Shown here: positions 16,935-26,340 of the stretch, one piece after another | Layout: every line of letters begins with the position of its first letter | Numbering within the stretch: the stretch's first letter is position 1 | DNA from: Clostridiaceae bacterium | Lineage (GTDB): Bacteria; Bacillota; Clostridia; Saccharofermentanales; DTU023 | Assembly: GCA_012519085.1 (NCBI GenBank) | Contig: JAAYQX010000026.1 | Location: 2,425-66,424, forward strand | Length of the DNA stretch: 64,000 nucleotides | Direction of reading: 5' to 3' | Made by a program: the position numbers and the translations under genes | Notes under the pieces: generated by a model | What the model was told of the DNA's origin: nothing | What the model saw: only the letters and a program-made list of their open reading frames with translations | Database searches by the model: none

Positions 16935-17996
16935 ATGAAGAAAAAACAATCGCTTATCCTACTCGTCGTTGGACTGATTTGCGGCGTGGGGGCAATTGTA
17001 TTGATGTTGCAGGGCAATCCTAAGAACATGGGTCTATGTATTGCCTGTTTCATCAGAGACACGGCCGGCGGATTGCATCTGCATGGCGCAGGTGTAGTAA
17101 AGTACGTCCGTCCGGAAATTATCGGGCTGATCTTAGGCTCATTCATTATTTCACTGGCGACGCGTGAATTCAAAACTCGCGGTGGCTCATCACCCATGAC
17201 CAGACTGGCTATCGGTTTCCTGGTTATGGTCGGTGCTTTGGTATTCTTGGGTTGCCCAATGCGAATGGTGCTGAGGATGGCGGCAGGAGATCTTAACGCT
17301 TGGATCGGCTTCGTCGGTTTCGTAGCTGGTGTTTTTGTGGGAACATTGTTCCTCAGAAAGGGCTTCAGCTTGAGAAGAACCTATGATTTGCCTGTCCTGG
17401 GCGGATATATAATGCCTGCGGTACAAGTGGTGTTTTTTGCTTTGCTGGTTGGAGCGCCCGGATTGCTGGCATTCTCAGAAGAAGGGCCTGGTGCAGCTAA
17501 GGCTCCGATCTGGCTCGCCCTGGTGATCACCTTGTTGCTGGGCATGATGGTTCAGAAAACTCGCCTTTGCATGGCCGGCGGCGTCAGAGATGTACTGATG
17601 TTTAACGACTGGACTCTAATGCTCGGTACCATTGGCATTTTTGTATCAGCCCTGATCGTAAATCTGGTCACCGGCAATTTCAATTTTGGTATGGAGGGCC
17701 AGCCGGTCGCGCATACCGAGAGTTTATGGAATATGATCGGCCTCTTTGTTGTCGGTCTGGGTTCAATCATGGCCGGCGGCTGTCCGATGCGCCAACTAAT
17801 CTTAACCGGAACCGGCAATGTCGATTCGGCACTCAATGTGATTGGCATGGGTATTGGGGCCGCATTTTGCCATAACTTTAAGCTGGCTTCAAGTGGTGAA
17901 GGTACAACGCCAAATGGCCGGATAGCTGTTTTAGTAGCTGCAGTATTACTTCTGCTGCTGGGTTTTGCCAATTCGCGCCGCAAAGCGGATGTTTGA
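16935..17996 (+). CDS. yedE: YedE family putative selenium/sulfur-compound transporter
   Basis: 353-aa polytopic membrane protein with N-terminal GNPKNMGLCIACFIRD and a second half carrying GGCPMRQL, as in YedE/YeeE. AAAGGAGA ribosome binding site. A yedF-like gene follows. Confidence 0.8.
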   Translation: MKKKQSLILLVVGLICGVGAIVLMLQGNPKNMGLCIACFIRDTAGGLHLHGAGVVKYVRPEIIGLILGSFIISLATREFKTRGGSSPMTRLAIGFLVMVGALVFLGCPMRMVLRMAAGDLNAWIGFVGFVAGVFVGTLFLRKGFSLRRTYDLPVLGGYIMPAVQVVFFALLVGAPGLLAFSEEGPGAAKAPIWLALVITLLLGMMVQKTRLCMAGGVRDVLMFNDWTLMLGTIGIFVSALIVNLVTGNFNFGMEGQPVAHTESLWNMIGLFVVGLGSIMAGGCPMRQLILTGTGNVDSALNVIGMGIGAAFCHNFKLASSGEGTTPNGRIAVLVAAVLLLLLGFANSRRKADV

Positions 17997-18043
17997 TCTG
18001 AAATAGTCACAAGGAGTAAATGATATCTGAAAGGAAGATTAAA

Positions 18044-18250
18044 ATGAAACAATTAAATGCATGTGGGCTTAGCTGTCCGGAACCGGTCTTAATGGTTAGG
18101 AATGCTGTCGCCTCAGGGGCGGAAACCATTGAAGTGAAAGTTGATGATCCGACTCCCCGGGAGAATATTATCAGATTTGCAGAAAATAAAGGCTTTAAAG
18201 TATCGGAAACTCAGGAAGACGGAGTATTCGTTCTGATGCTGACCCGCTAG
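18044..18250 (+). CDS. yedF: TusA/SirA-like sulfurtransferase-fold protein (YedF-like)
   Basis: MKQLNACGLSCPEPVLMV carries the CPxP motif of the TusA/SirA family. I prefer the ATG at 18044 (AAAGGAAG upstream); the track start at 18020 remains possible. Confidence 0.75.
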   Translation: MKQLNACGLSCPEPVLMVRNAVASGAETIEVKVDDPTPRENIIRFAENKGFKVSETQEDGVFVLMLTR

Positions 18251-18259
18251 ATTTTACTG

Positions 18260-18285
18260 TCCGGGCGGAGCATCTTCCGCCCGGA
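18260..18285 (+). other. GC-rich intercistronic hairpin between the yedF-like gene and DUF3343
   Basis: TCCGGGCGGA (18260..18269) pairs with TCCGCCCGGA (18276..18285): a 10-bp perfect stem with a 6-nt loop and no clear U-tract. Confidence 0.4.
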
Positions 18286-18301
18286 TCTTAAAGGATGAGA
18301 T

Positions 18302-18565
18302 ATGAGCTGCGATAATGACAAACAATATGTGGCAACTTTTGCTACTCATCTAGGGGCGCTAGAGTTCTATGAAACCTTGCAAGCACTTGGTGACAAAAAA
18401 GCTAAGATGTCTCCTGTGCCAAGGACAATCAGCATTTCCTGTGGCACGGGGGTCTATTTCTTTCAAGATTTTGATCCGTCTACTATGAGCAATCCGGATC
18501 TGGAACGCGTGTTTCTGATTCAGGATCAGGACTATCTGGAACTTTGGGCCAATCCTAATCCGTAA
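18302..18565 (+). CDS. DUF3343-like small protein (putative Se/S carrier associated with YedE/YedF)
   Basis: 87 aa. The pattern YVATFATHLGALEFYETL...MSPVPRTISISCGTGV matches my recollection of DUF3343, and the position next to yedE/yedF is typical of that family. Confidence 0.6.
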   Translation: MSCDNDKQYVATFATHLGALEFYETLQALGDKKAKMSPVPRTISISCGTGVYFFQDFDPSTMSNPDLERVFLIQDQDYLELWANPNP

Positions 18566-18699
18566 TGATCTGCTTATTTTGGATATCTGGCAGTATCCGC
18601 AATTCGATAGTATATCTATGAGCTTTTAGTGCCGGTTTCAGTTTTATCGGTCTCCTGTATTATACTTAATATAAGATGAGGAATCTGCCGGAGGGAATT

Positions 18700-20115
18700 A
18701 TGGATAAACAGTTTTTGTTGCGTCGGATCCCGCAATTAGATGCATTGCTAAGCGAGGATTTATTTTGCTTCTTGATTGATAAATACGGAGCAGGTCCTGT
18801 GCGAGAAGCTGCACGCGCGCTTCTGGCCAGCAAGAGGCAAGCTATACTTGATCATGAAGAGACAGTACCGGAGACAATTAATCTGGAGATCACTGATCTT
18901 GCCCGTGAAACAGAGAGTTTAATTGAAGTCGACTGCAGGCATGACCTGCAGCCGGTACTGAATGCTACCGGTATCATCCTGCATACTAATCTAGGGCGGG
19001 CGCCGCTATCTAATTCTGCCATCACAGCCATCATTGAAACCAGTCACGGGTACAATAATCTGGAATTTGATCTGGAGATAGGCAGCAGGGGTAACCGCTG
19101 CGATAATGTTAGTTATCTTCTGAATAAGCTAACCGGCGCGGAAGAATCTCTAGTTGTAAACAATAATGCCGGAGCGCTGCTTTTGTTACTGGATACTTTG
19201 GCCAAAGGTAAGGAAGTGATTGTTTCACGTGGCGAGCTGGTTGAGATCGGGGGTTCGTTTCGCATCCCGGAAATTATGACTCAGAGCGGTGCTCTGCTTA
19301 AAGAAGTCGGAACTACCAACCGAACCCGCCTCTCGGATTATGCGGCGGCTGTTACGGAAAATACCGCTGCTCTACTGAAAGTCCACAGATCGAATTTCCG
19401 GATTGAAGGATTTACCTCAGAGGTCGGCTTAGCCGAGCTATCTGATCTGGCCAAGGAAACCGGTCTGCCTTTAATTTATGATCTGGGTTCCGGTCTGCTG
19501 CATCCGCAGCCGCCGGCCATTCTAGCTGCTGAGCCGCAACTGACACCTTCTGTTCTGGGATTGGTAGATGCAGTCTGCTTCAGTGGCGATAAACTGCTGG
19601 GTGGACCACAGGCCGGCATAATTCTGAGCCGATCTGACATTGTACAAAAACTGCACAAAAACCCACTGCTGAGAGTGCTCCGTGTTGATAAGCTAGTACT
19701 GGCGGCCTTGACATCAACGCTAAGAAGCTACCAAGATCCTGACTCACTATCTGAAGATATACCTTTCTACCGTCTATTGACTGTTTCCGAGGACAAGATC
19801 AAAGAACGTGCCCAGAATTTGCTTGATTTATTGCTATCAAAAAATGTAAAAGCACAGCTAATTCCATGCTGTGGTGAAATCGGCGCCGGTTCGGCTCCCG
19901 GCGTTACTCTTGCTTCTTGGGCTGTGGCTATTCCTGCTGAGTCCACAGTCTGCTCACTAACTGATATTGAGCAAAGGTTGAGATTAGGGATTCCACCTGT
20001 TGTCGCCTATATTAATGATGGTAAGTTGATCTTTGATCTGCGCTGTATCGATGACGATGATCTATATGTACTGGCAGAAGCTATTAAAATAGCAAGCTTG
20101 AATATTATGAAATAG
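18700..20115 (+). CDS. selA: L-seryl-tRNA(Sec) selenium transferase
   Basis: N-terminus LLRRIPQLDALL, core NATGIILHTNLGRAPL, and the PLP-lysine context FSGDKLLGGPQAGII. I prefer the ATG at 18700 (GGAGGG 5 nt upstream) over the track start at 18676. Confidence 0.9.
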   Translation: MDKQFLLRRIPQLDALLSEDLFCFLIDKYGAGPVREAARALLASKRQAILDHEETVPETINLEITDLARETESLIEVDCRHDLQPVLNATGIILHTNLGRAPLSNSAITAIIETSHGYNNLEFDLEIGSRGNRCDNVSYLLNKLTGAEESLVVNNNAGALLLLLDTLAKGKEVIVSRGELVEIGGSFRIPEIMTQSGALLKEVGTTNRTRLSDYAAAVTENTAALLKVHRSNFRIEGFTSEVGLAELSDLAKETGLPLIYDLGSGLLHPQPPAILAAEPQLTPSVLGLVDAVCFSGDKLLGGPQAGIILSRSDIVQKLHKNPLLRVLRVDKLVLAALTSTLRSYQDPDSLSEDIPFYRLLTVSEDKIKERAQNLLDLLLSKNVKAQLIPCCGEIGAGSAPGVTLASWAVAIPAESTVCSLTDIEQRLRLGIPPVVAYINDGKLIFDLRCIDDDDLYVLAEAIKIASLNIMK

Positions 20116-20177
20116 CGAATACATGTGAACATGCTCTTGAAGGTCTCTTGACAATATTTTGGCAGATAGGGGAGACA

Positions 20178-22088
20178 ATGAAACACAGTATAATTGGAAC
20201 AGCAGGTCATGTTGACCATGGCAAATCACTTTTAATCAAGGCTCTGACCGGAATTGATACTGATCGTCTCAAGGAAGAGAAGAAGCGGGGAATCACGATT
20301 GATTTAGGCTTTGCTTGGCTGGATCTTCCCGACGGCGGCAAAGCCGGTATTGTTGATGTTCCGGGACATGAAAAATTTATTAGCAATATGCTGGCTGGTG
20401 CAGGTGGCATTGATCTGGTACTTCTTATTGTAGCTGCCGATGAAGGTGTAATGCCTCAGACAAGGGAGCATCTGGATATTTTGCAGTTGTTGGGTATCCC
20501 CCAGGGTATAATCGTCCTGACAAAAAAAGATCTTGTCAGCTCGGAATGGCTGGAACTGGTGCAGGATGATATTCGCTCCGTTTGTACCGGTACTTTTCTG
20601 GAGAAGGCTCCTCTGTGTGCAGTTTCAGCCTATACAGGCGATGGTATTACTGAGTTGCGTGAATTGATCATATCCATCCTGACCAAGCTTGACAGTACAA
20701 AGTCATTACTACCGTTTCGCCAACCTATTGACCGGGTGTTTAGTATGGAGGGTTTTGGTACTGTTGTTACCGGTACCATAATCGAAGGACAAGTGAAAGT
20801 TGGCGAAACAGTCATGCTGTATCCTTCAGAGACTGAAGTTAGAGTTCGTAACATTCAAATCCATGGTCAAGACCAGATCTGCGGTTTTGCAGGGCAAAGG
20901 GCTGCTATAAACTTGGCCTCTATTTCCCGTGCTGATGTATTACGTGGCGAAGTCTTGGCCCAATCTCACAGTTTAATACCGTCCCGGATACTGGATGTTA
21001 AGATCAAAATTCTCTCTAATTCACCATATACCGTTAAGTCCGGTTCATATTTACATTTACATCATGGTGCTAGTGAGACAATAGCGCGCCTACGCTTATT
21101 TGACTGCAATGAGCTGTGGCCCGGACAGATTGGCTGGGGGAGATTGTCTGTCGATGATAATATTGTTGCATCGTATGGCGACCGTTTTATCTTGCGCTTC
21201 TTTTCGCCCTTACACACTGTCGGTGGCGGGATTGTCCTTGATCCAGCACCGGTTACTATCAAGGTTAATTCCCAGCAATGGACAGAGCGCCTACAATCTT
21301 TAGCTACAGATAATATAAGACAAAGATTGATACTAGCTATTGATTCTGCCAGCCCCCACTTTGGTGATCTGAAATCGGCTCTAAAAAGAGCCGGTGCAGA
21401 TCGGTTGCCGTCTGAGAAGGTCAAAGCAACCCTGGAACAATTAGAGAGCGACAAAATGGTTTTCATCTTGCGTGATCAGACCGTTCTGAGTTCGAAATTT
21501 ATTGAAGATTTGCAGAAAATTGTGATTAATGTATTGACATTGCATCATGAAGAGAGCCCGCTCAGTTCTGGAATTAAAAGGGAAGAACTGCGAACACGGA
21601 TTTTACCGGAAGCTAAATTAAATCATAGCGACAGCATAATCTCACTACTGCTTGACCGGGGAGTAATTGTGGAAACTGCGGGCGTAATTTCGTTGCCTGA
21701 TTTCCGCATTGTTCTGACACCGGCTCAAGAACGTGCCGAGCAGGAGCTGTTAGACATTTATCTTGAACAGGGCTTTAGTCCTGATGATACGGAACAGATA
21801 TTGGCTAAAATTGATCACAAGTTAGATCCCAACAGTCTCTTATCTGGCCTGCTCAGCAGGGGGCTGCTGATCAGACTTAATGCGCAAATCGTTATGCACA
21901 GAGACAATATCGAGAAAGCCAGAGAGCTCGCGCTTAGCATTTTGCGTGAAACTGGTGAGCTAAGGCTGGGTGATTTCCGTGATCAAATTGGCTCTTCCCG
22001 AAAATATGCGGTTGCCATACTGGATTATTTTGACAGAATTAATCTAACTAGACTTAGTGGTGATGTCAGAAAACTAATAAGTCATTAA
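20178..22088 (+). CDS. selB: Selenocysteine-specific translation elongation factor
   Basis: The G-domain has [19 protein letters not shown] and TKKD. A long C-terminal extension (636 aa total) fits the SECIS-binding winged-helix domains. ATG at 20178 with AGGGGAGA upstream. Confidence 0.9.
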   Translation: MKHSIIGTAGHVDHGKSLLIKALTGIDTDRLKEEKKRGITIDLGFAWLDLPDGGKAGIVDVPGHEKFISNMLAGAGGIDLVLLIVAADEGVMPQTREHLDILQLLGIPQGIIVLTKKDLVSSEWLELVQDDIRSVCTGTFLEKAPLCAVSAYTGDGITELRELIISILTKLDSTKSLLPFRQPIDRVFSMEGFGTVVTGTIIEGQVKVGETVMLYPSETEVRVRNIQIHGQDQICGFAGQRAAINLASISRADVLRGEVLAQSHSLIPSRILDVKIKILSNSPYTVKSGSYLHLHHGASETIARLRLFDCNELWPGQIGWGRLSVDDNIVASYGDRFILRFFSPLHTVGGGIVLDPAPVTIKVNSQQWTERLQSLATDNIRQRLILAIDSASPHFGDLKSALKRAGADRLPSEKVKATLEQLESDKMVFILRDQTVLSSKFIEDLQKIVINVLTLHHEESPLSSGIKREELRTRILPEAKLNHSDSIISLLLDRGVIVETAGVISLPDFRIVLTPAQERAEQELLDIYLEQGFSPDDTEQILAKIDHKLDPNSLLSGLLSRGLLIRLNAQIVMHRDNIEKARELALSILRETGELRLGDFRDQIGSSRKYAVAILDYFDRINLTRLSGDVRKLISH

Positions 22089-22239
22089 TTGACAGGAAAT
22101 GGAGTTGGCAAAATTAGGGATCTGCACTAATATTTGTGGAGTCAAAAGTAACTACAATGTATTAATTTAAGAGTATAATTATCAGAGGGTAGCCTGCAAG
22201 AATTTTTAAAGCTGCCCAAAACGATCTTGGGAGTTAATT

Positions 22240-23292
22240 ATGGCAGATGCTCAAACAATAAAATGCCCTGCTTGCGCAGGGCCGATGGTTTTTGACCCAG
22301 GTGCTAGTCAGATCCATTGTGAATACTGTGGCAGTGTTTTTGACCAGGACGAACTGATTAGACAGTATCAGGAGGAGCAGGCCAGTCAACCTGACGTCGC
22401 CGCTGCGGAGATGCCGCAGGAGCCATTGTATGGCTATAGTTGCGGCAGTTGCGGTGCCAATGTCTGGACGGATGATACGACGCTGGCAACTTATTGTTTT
22501 TATTGCCACAATCCGGTTGTTCTGGCACCGCGAATAGCTCAAGGATTCGCTCCGGATGGTGTTGTTCCCTTTGCTGTGGATAAAGAAGAAGTTGTAAAAG
22601 CTTTTCTGAGCTGGTCGAAAGGGAAGAAGTTCACACCACGCGATTTCGGCACTCCGGAGCATCTGGAGAAACTACATGGAGTTTATCTGCCTTTTTGGCA
22701 GGCTGACGGCAAAGCTAACTATCGCATCACAGGTGAAGGCATTGATACCAGTGAAAGCCGGAGCGGAGAGTATATTACCACGACTAAGAGAATTTATGAG
22801 ATCCACCGGGAAGGCCTCTTTGAGTCCAATGACATTACCGCGCTGGCCAATGACAAAGCCGCAGAGCAATTGGTAATTGGTGCCCAGCCATTCTCGGCAG
22901 GTGAGGTTAAAACTTTTCACCCCGCTTTTTTGCAGGGTTTCTTCGCAGAAATGAAGAATGTAGAGCGCGAACAGGCCGAAGCGGAATTTAGCACTAAGAT
23001 CCATGCGGGCGCTCCCAGAGCGCTGGAAAACAGCATCAATATGGACTTTGATAGCACAAACCCGCGGATAGAATTTACTCCCCTGGAGCTCAGCAATTGG
23101 AGATTGCTGATGTACCCTTTCTGGCTGCTGACCTACAGGAGAAATGATATAACTTATCTGTTCTGCATGAATGGTGTTACAGGTCAGACTTTCGGCGGAT
23201 TGCCTGTCAGCAATAAACGTCTGCTGCTAGCTACGGTGATCCTAGGCGCAGTGCTGACTACTATATTGTTAATCTTGGGGTATTTCATATGA
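22240..23292 (+). CDS. Hypothetical double zinc-ribbon protein with a C-terminal transmembrane anchor
   Basis: CPACAGPMVF..HCEYCG and CGSCGANVW..YCFYCHNP form two CxxC...CxxC ribbons. The C-terminus is hydrophobic (LLLATVILGAVLTTILLILGYFI). No family is recognised. Confidence 0.5.
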   Translation: MADAQTIKCPACAGPMVFDPGASQIHCEYCGSVFDQDELIRQYQEEQASQPDVAAAEMPQEPLYGYSCGSCGANVWTDDTTLATYCFYCHNPVVLAPRIAQGFAPDGVVPFAVDKEEVVKAFLSWSKGKKFTPRDFGTPEHLEKLHGVYLPFWQADGKANYRITGEGIDTSESRSGEYITTTKRIYEIHREGLFESNDITALANDKAAEQLVIGAQPFSAGEVKTFHPAFLQGFFAEMKNVEREQAEAEFSTKIHAGAPRALENSINMDFDSTNPRIEFTPLELSNWRLLMYPFWLLTYRRNDITYLFCMNGVTGQTFGGLPVSNKRLLLATVILGAVLTTILLILGYFI

Positions 23293-24383
23293 CACAGTCT
23301 AATTGGGAAGGTGGCAAAATTGCCAGTGCAGATCAGCAGCGCAATATTGTATCTGACTTTAAAGATAGTGTACCTAGTTTTGACAAGAGCAGATGGAATA
23401 AGATCCTCTTGATTGGATTGGCTATTCTCGTAGGGCTATGGTTTCTCTTGCCGGCTTCGAATCATCCTTTAAGCCCAAGACCTGCTAAAAGCAACTATCA
23501 GCCTCAGCAGTCACAAAAGTCACTCACACCTTTTGTGGCCCAATCACATGATGAAGCAGGTGCAGAGGCCAGAAAAGAGGCTGCTAAGGATGTTCCCGGG
23601 CAACCTAGGTCGCCTCTGGTAGTTGATCAGGCTGATTTATTTTCAGAGAAAGATGAATTAAAGCTGACCCGAAAGGCAGAGGCAGTTTCTGACAAATATG
23701 AGATGAGCGTGGTAATTGTTACTGCCGACTCTTCGCGCTTATCGGAAGATACCAGGGATAAGTCAGATCAGATCTGGGCCAGGGATTATGCAGATGATTT
23801 TTTTGATTATCATCAATACGGAGAAGACGGAGTCCTGCTTCTGATTTCTCTCGATCCCCGGCAGGTTTGGATTTCGACGACCGGCAGGATGATACCTCTA
23901 TTTACTGATGCCAGAATTGAGCATTTGCTGGATGAGATCTTCAAATATGCTAATCTATCCAAAGGCGACTACAGTATGGCACCTTATATCTTTCTAGACC
24001 AGGTTGAATTGAATCTGAAAAAAGGCTGGGATGCCAGTGGCACTGCCGGATCGACTAAATTGCTGACAAAGAAGTATCTGACCGGGATCGAGCTGAAGCG
24101 GGCGCTGTTAATTTCCGCGGCAATTGCGCTGGTTTTCTATGTTAGAACCAGAATCCGCTATGCCTCACAGACAGTACCTGATATCTATGATGTCAAAACT
24201 AGATCTCAGATAAATGAGATGTTGAAGCAGGATCAATATATTCGTACAGATACTGATGTACGTCGCGTTTCCACCAGTTCAAGCAGTAGCGGCGGTGGCG
24301 GCGGTAGCGGTGGTGGAGGAAGCTCAAGCAGTCACTCAGGTTCCAGTGGCAGTTCGCATGGCGGGGGTGGCCGAGGATTCTAA
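23289..24383 (+). CDS. TPM-domain (YgcG-like) membrane protein with a Gly/Ser-rich tail
   Basis: The start overlaps the upstream stop (ATGA). The protein has a transmembrane segment, then a TPM-like core (LVVDQADLFS...VVIVTADS...GVLLLISLDPRQVWISTTG), a second transmembrane segment, and the tail SSSSSGGGGGSGGGGSSSSHSGSSGSSHGGGGRGF. Confidence 0.65.
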   Translation: MTQSNWEGGKIASADQQRNIVSDFKDSVPSFDKSRWNKILLIGLAILVGLWFLLPASNHPLSPRPAKSNYQPQQSQKSLTPFVAQSHDEAGAEARKEAAKDVPGQPRSPLVVDQADLFSEKDELKLTRKAEAVSDKYEMSVVIVTADSSRLSEDTRDKSDQIWARDYADDFFDYHQYGEDGVLLLISLDPRQVWISTTGRMIPLFTDARIEHLLDEIFKYANLSKGDYSMAPYIFLDQVELNLKKGWDASGTAGSTKLLTKKYLTGIELKRALLISAAIALVFYVRTRIRYASQTVPDIYDVKTRSQINEMLKQDQYIRTDTDVRRVSTSSSSSGGGGGSGGGGSSSSHSGSSGSSHGGGGRGF

Positions 24384-24466
24384 CTTTATTTATTGCTCTA
24401 TTAGTGTGATCATTGCTTTTTAGAGTTAAGATGTATTTTAGTTTAGAAGATGAATTGAGAGGAATT

Positions 24467-26248
24467 ATGGAAAAACAGAATAAAATTTATAATTATCCCT
24501 TATATGAAGTGCGTGAGATCCGTGATCTTAAAGATATGGTGAGGCAAAGCAGAGTGCTTTATTCGTATAAAAATGCTTACCTGACCAAGGATCCGGTGGC
24601 GGCAGGGAAAATAAGTCCGCATGATCCTGAACTCAAGCAAAAGCGCAAGGACGAGAAAGAATATCTGCCCATTGGTTTTGCCAAAGCGGCAGAAGATTTT
24701 GAGGCCTTCGGCAGCTATTTACATCAAGAATTTCCTGCAGGTGTACGCGTTGGAGTAATTGGTGAAACCAGATATGAATGGTATATCACATATTTGGCAA
24801 CAGTATGTGGAACGGGAATCATTATTCCATTGGACAAAGAACTCCCGGCAGCGGAGCTCAAAATGATGATCGAACGTTCTAAGATCGATGTTTTGGTCTA
24901 TTCTGATGTTGCTTATACTAATCTGGGAGCAGTCAAAGATGATTTGCCTCCTGTGACGATTGCTATGGATCCGCCTGCTGATGGGACGGGTAGTCTGTAT
25001 TTTTGGGATCTGCTGGAACGCGGCTATGAGATTAGGAATGAAGGCAATCTCAGCTATGACGAAATTGAGATCGATCCTGATGAGATGAGAATTATTCTCT
25101 TTACTTCAGGAACTACGGCTAATGCCAAAGCAGTCATGCTCAGTCATCGCAATATCTGTACCAATTTGATGGGAATGTGTTCGATGGTCTATATCGGGCC
25201 GGAATATACATGTCTTTCTATCCTGCCGATTCACCATACCTATGAATGTACTTGCGGCTTTTTGTGTGAATACTATCGGGGTACTACAGTTGCTATTTGT
25301 CCCGGTTTACGTTATATACTGCCCAGCTTGAAAGAAGTTCAGCCGAGCTATGTCCTGATGGTGCCGCTGATCGTGGAGAGTATTTATAATGGCATCATGC
25401 GCAAGATAGATTCTGATCCTAAAGTCAAGAGAAAATTCCAATTTGGCCTTAAGCTATCACGGTTTTTAATGAAAATCGGGATTGATATCCGCAAAAAAAT
25501 ATTTAAAGACATCCATGCCTTGCTCGGACCGAACTTACAATTTTTGATTGTCGGCGGCGCTGCTGTTTCGGCCGATTTACTTAGCAATTTGCGAGATCTC
25601 GGAATTCACTGTTTCCAGGGCTATGGGCTGACAGAATGTGCTCCGATCCTGGCTCTGAATAGAGATAAATATTATAATGACAGTTCAGCTGGTCTTCCGC
25701 TGCCCGGGGTGGAAGTGAAAATTGTCAATCCGGACGAAAACGGCTATGGCGAGATCGTCGGCAGAGGCCACAATGTAATGCTGGGATATTATGAGAATCC
25801 TGAGCTGACAGCCGAAGCGATTGATAAGGAAGGTTTCTTCCACACTGGTGATATTGGCTACATTGATGAAGATTCCTTTGTCATTATTACCGGGCGCAAG
25901 CAGAATGTGATTGTAGCCAGTAATGGCAAGAATATATTCCCGGAGGAGATTGAATTTCTACTGCTGGAAAATCCCTTGATCAAGGAAGTTGTTGTTCATG
26001 CTATAGAAGAAGATGGCCATATGCTGCTTAGGGCCATTATTTTCCCGGACAGGGAACAGATAGATCAGATCGAGGAGCTAAAAGGCAAGGAGCTGGATTC
26101 ACCTGAAGTAAAAGCTCGTTTGGAAGATGTTGTCAAAGAAGTTAACCAGAATATGGTTGCCTATAAAGCAGTGCGCAGAATCGAGATACGCACCGAAGAA
26201 TTTGAAAAGAACACATCCAAAAAAATAAAACGCGCTCAACATTACTAG
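24467..26248 (+). CDS. AMP-dependent synthetase/ligase (long-chain acyl-CoA synthetase-like)
   Basis: AMP-binding motifs FTSGTTANAKAVMLSH, GYGLTE, TGDIGYIDEDSF and RKQN. I prefer the ATG at 24467 (GAGAGGA upstream) over the alternative track start at 24413. Confidence 0.8.
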   Translation: MEKQNKIYNYPLYEVREIRDLKDMVRQSRVLYSYKNAYLTKDPVAAGKISPHDPELKQKRKDEKEYLPIGFAKAAEDFEAFGSYLHQEFPAGVRVGVIGETRYEWYITYLATVCGTGIIIPLDKELPAAELKMMIERSKIDVLVYSDVAYTNLGAVKDDLPPVTIAMDPPADGTGSLYFWDLLERGYEIRNEGNLSYDEIEIDPDEMRIILFTSGTTANAKAVMLSHRNICTNLMGMCSMVYIGPEYTCLSILPIHHTYECTCGFLCEYYRGTTVAICPGLRYILPSLKEVQPSYVLMVPLIVESIYNGIMRKIDSDPKVKRKFQFGLKLSRFLMKIGIDIRKKIFKDIHALLGPNLQFLIVGGAAVSADLLSNLRDLGIHCFQGYGLTECAPILALNRDKYYNDSSAGLPLPGVEVKIVNPDENGYGEIVGRGHNVMLGYYENPELTAEAIDKEGFFHTGDIGYIDEDSFVIITGRKQNVIVASNGKNIFPEEIEFLLLENPLIKEVVVHAIEEDGHMLLRAIIFPDREQIDQIEELKGKELDSPEVKARLEDVVKEVNQNMVAYKAVRRIEIRTEEFEKNTSKKIKRAQHY

Positions 26249-26340
26249 AACCTGTTTTTTGCAGGTTCTCCGAGTATGCACAGAAATTTCTTGGCATATC
26301 CTATTGATGCGCTCATTTGACTTGATACGAGGAGATTCAG

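Noticed and set aside
15679-16938. A 419-aa plus-strand ORF spanning the whole region antisense to the cysteine desulfurase-like gene
   Set aside because: Its translation is low-complexity and Arg/Ser/Gly-rich with no recognisable motifs and no ribosome binding site. The opposite strand encodes a protein with clear class-V aminotransferase motifs and a strong ribosome binding site. I treat it as a shadow ORF produced by codon bias.
17552-18052. A 166-aa minus-strand ORF inside yedE, and similar antisense ORFs elsewhere (for example 21062..21466, 22234..22662, 34761..35117, 40125..40514)
   Set aside because: All lie antisense to, or out of frame with, ORFs that carry strong family motifs. Their sequences are compositionally odd and they lack ribosome binding sites.
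5313-22088. The selenium block as a tRNA-targeted mobile genomic island
   Set aside because: I found no integrase, recombinase or transposase gene. I found no direct repeat of the tRNA-Sec 3' end at the far boundary (22089..22239) by eye, and no obvious compositional break. Transfer as a block remains possible but is unsupported.
24280-24383. GGC/AGC-rich tandem-like DNA repeats
   Set aside because: They encode the Gly/Ser-rich C-terminal tail typical of YgcG/TPM-family proteins. This is coding low complexity, not a repeat element or a CRISPR array.
26247-26269. The hairpin AGAACCTG-TTTTTT-CAGGTTCT after the acyl-CoA synthetase gene, considered as a terminator
   Set aside because: The T-run lies in the loop rather than 3' of the stem, and no U-tract follows on either strand. 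It may still stabilise the 3' end, but I cannot support a terminator call.
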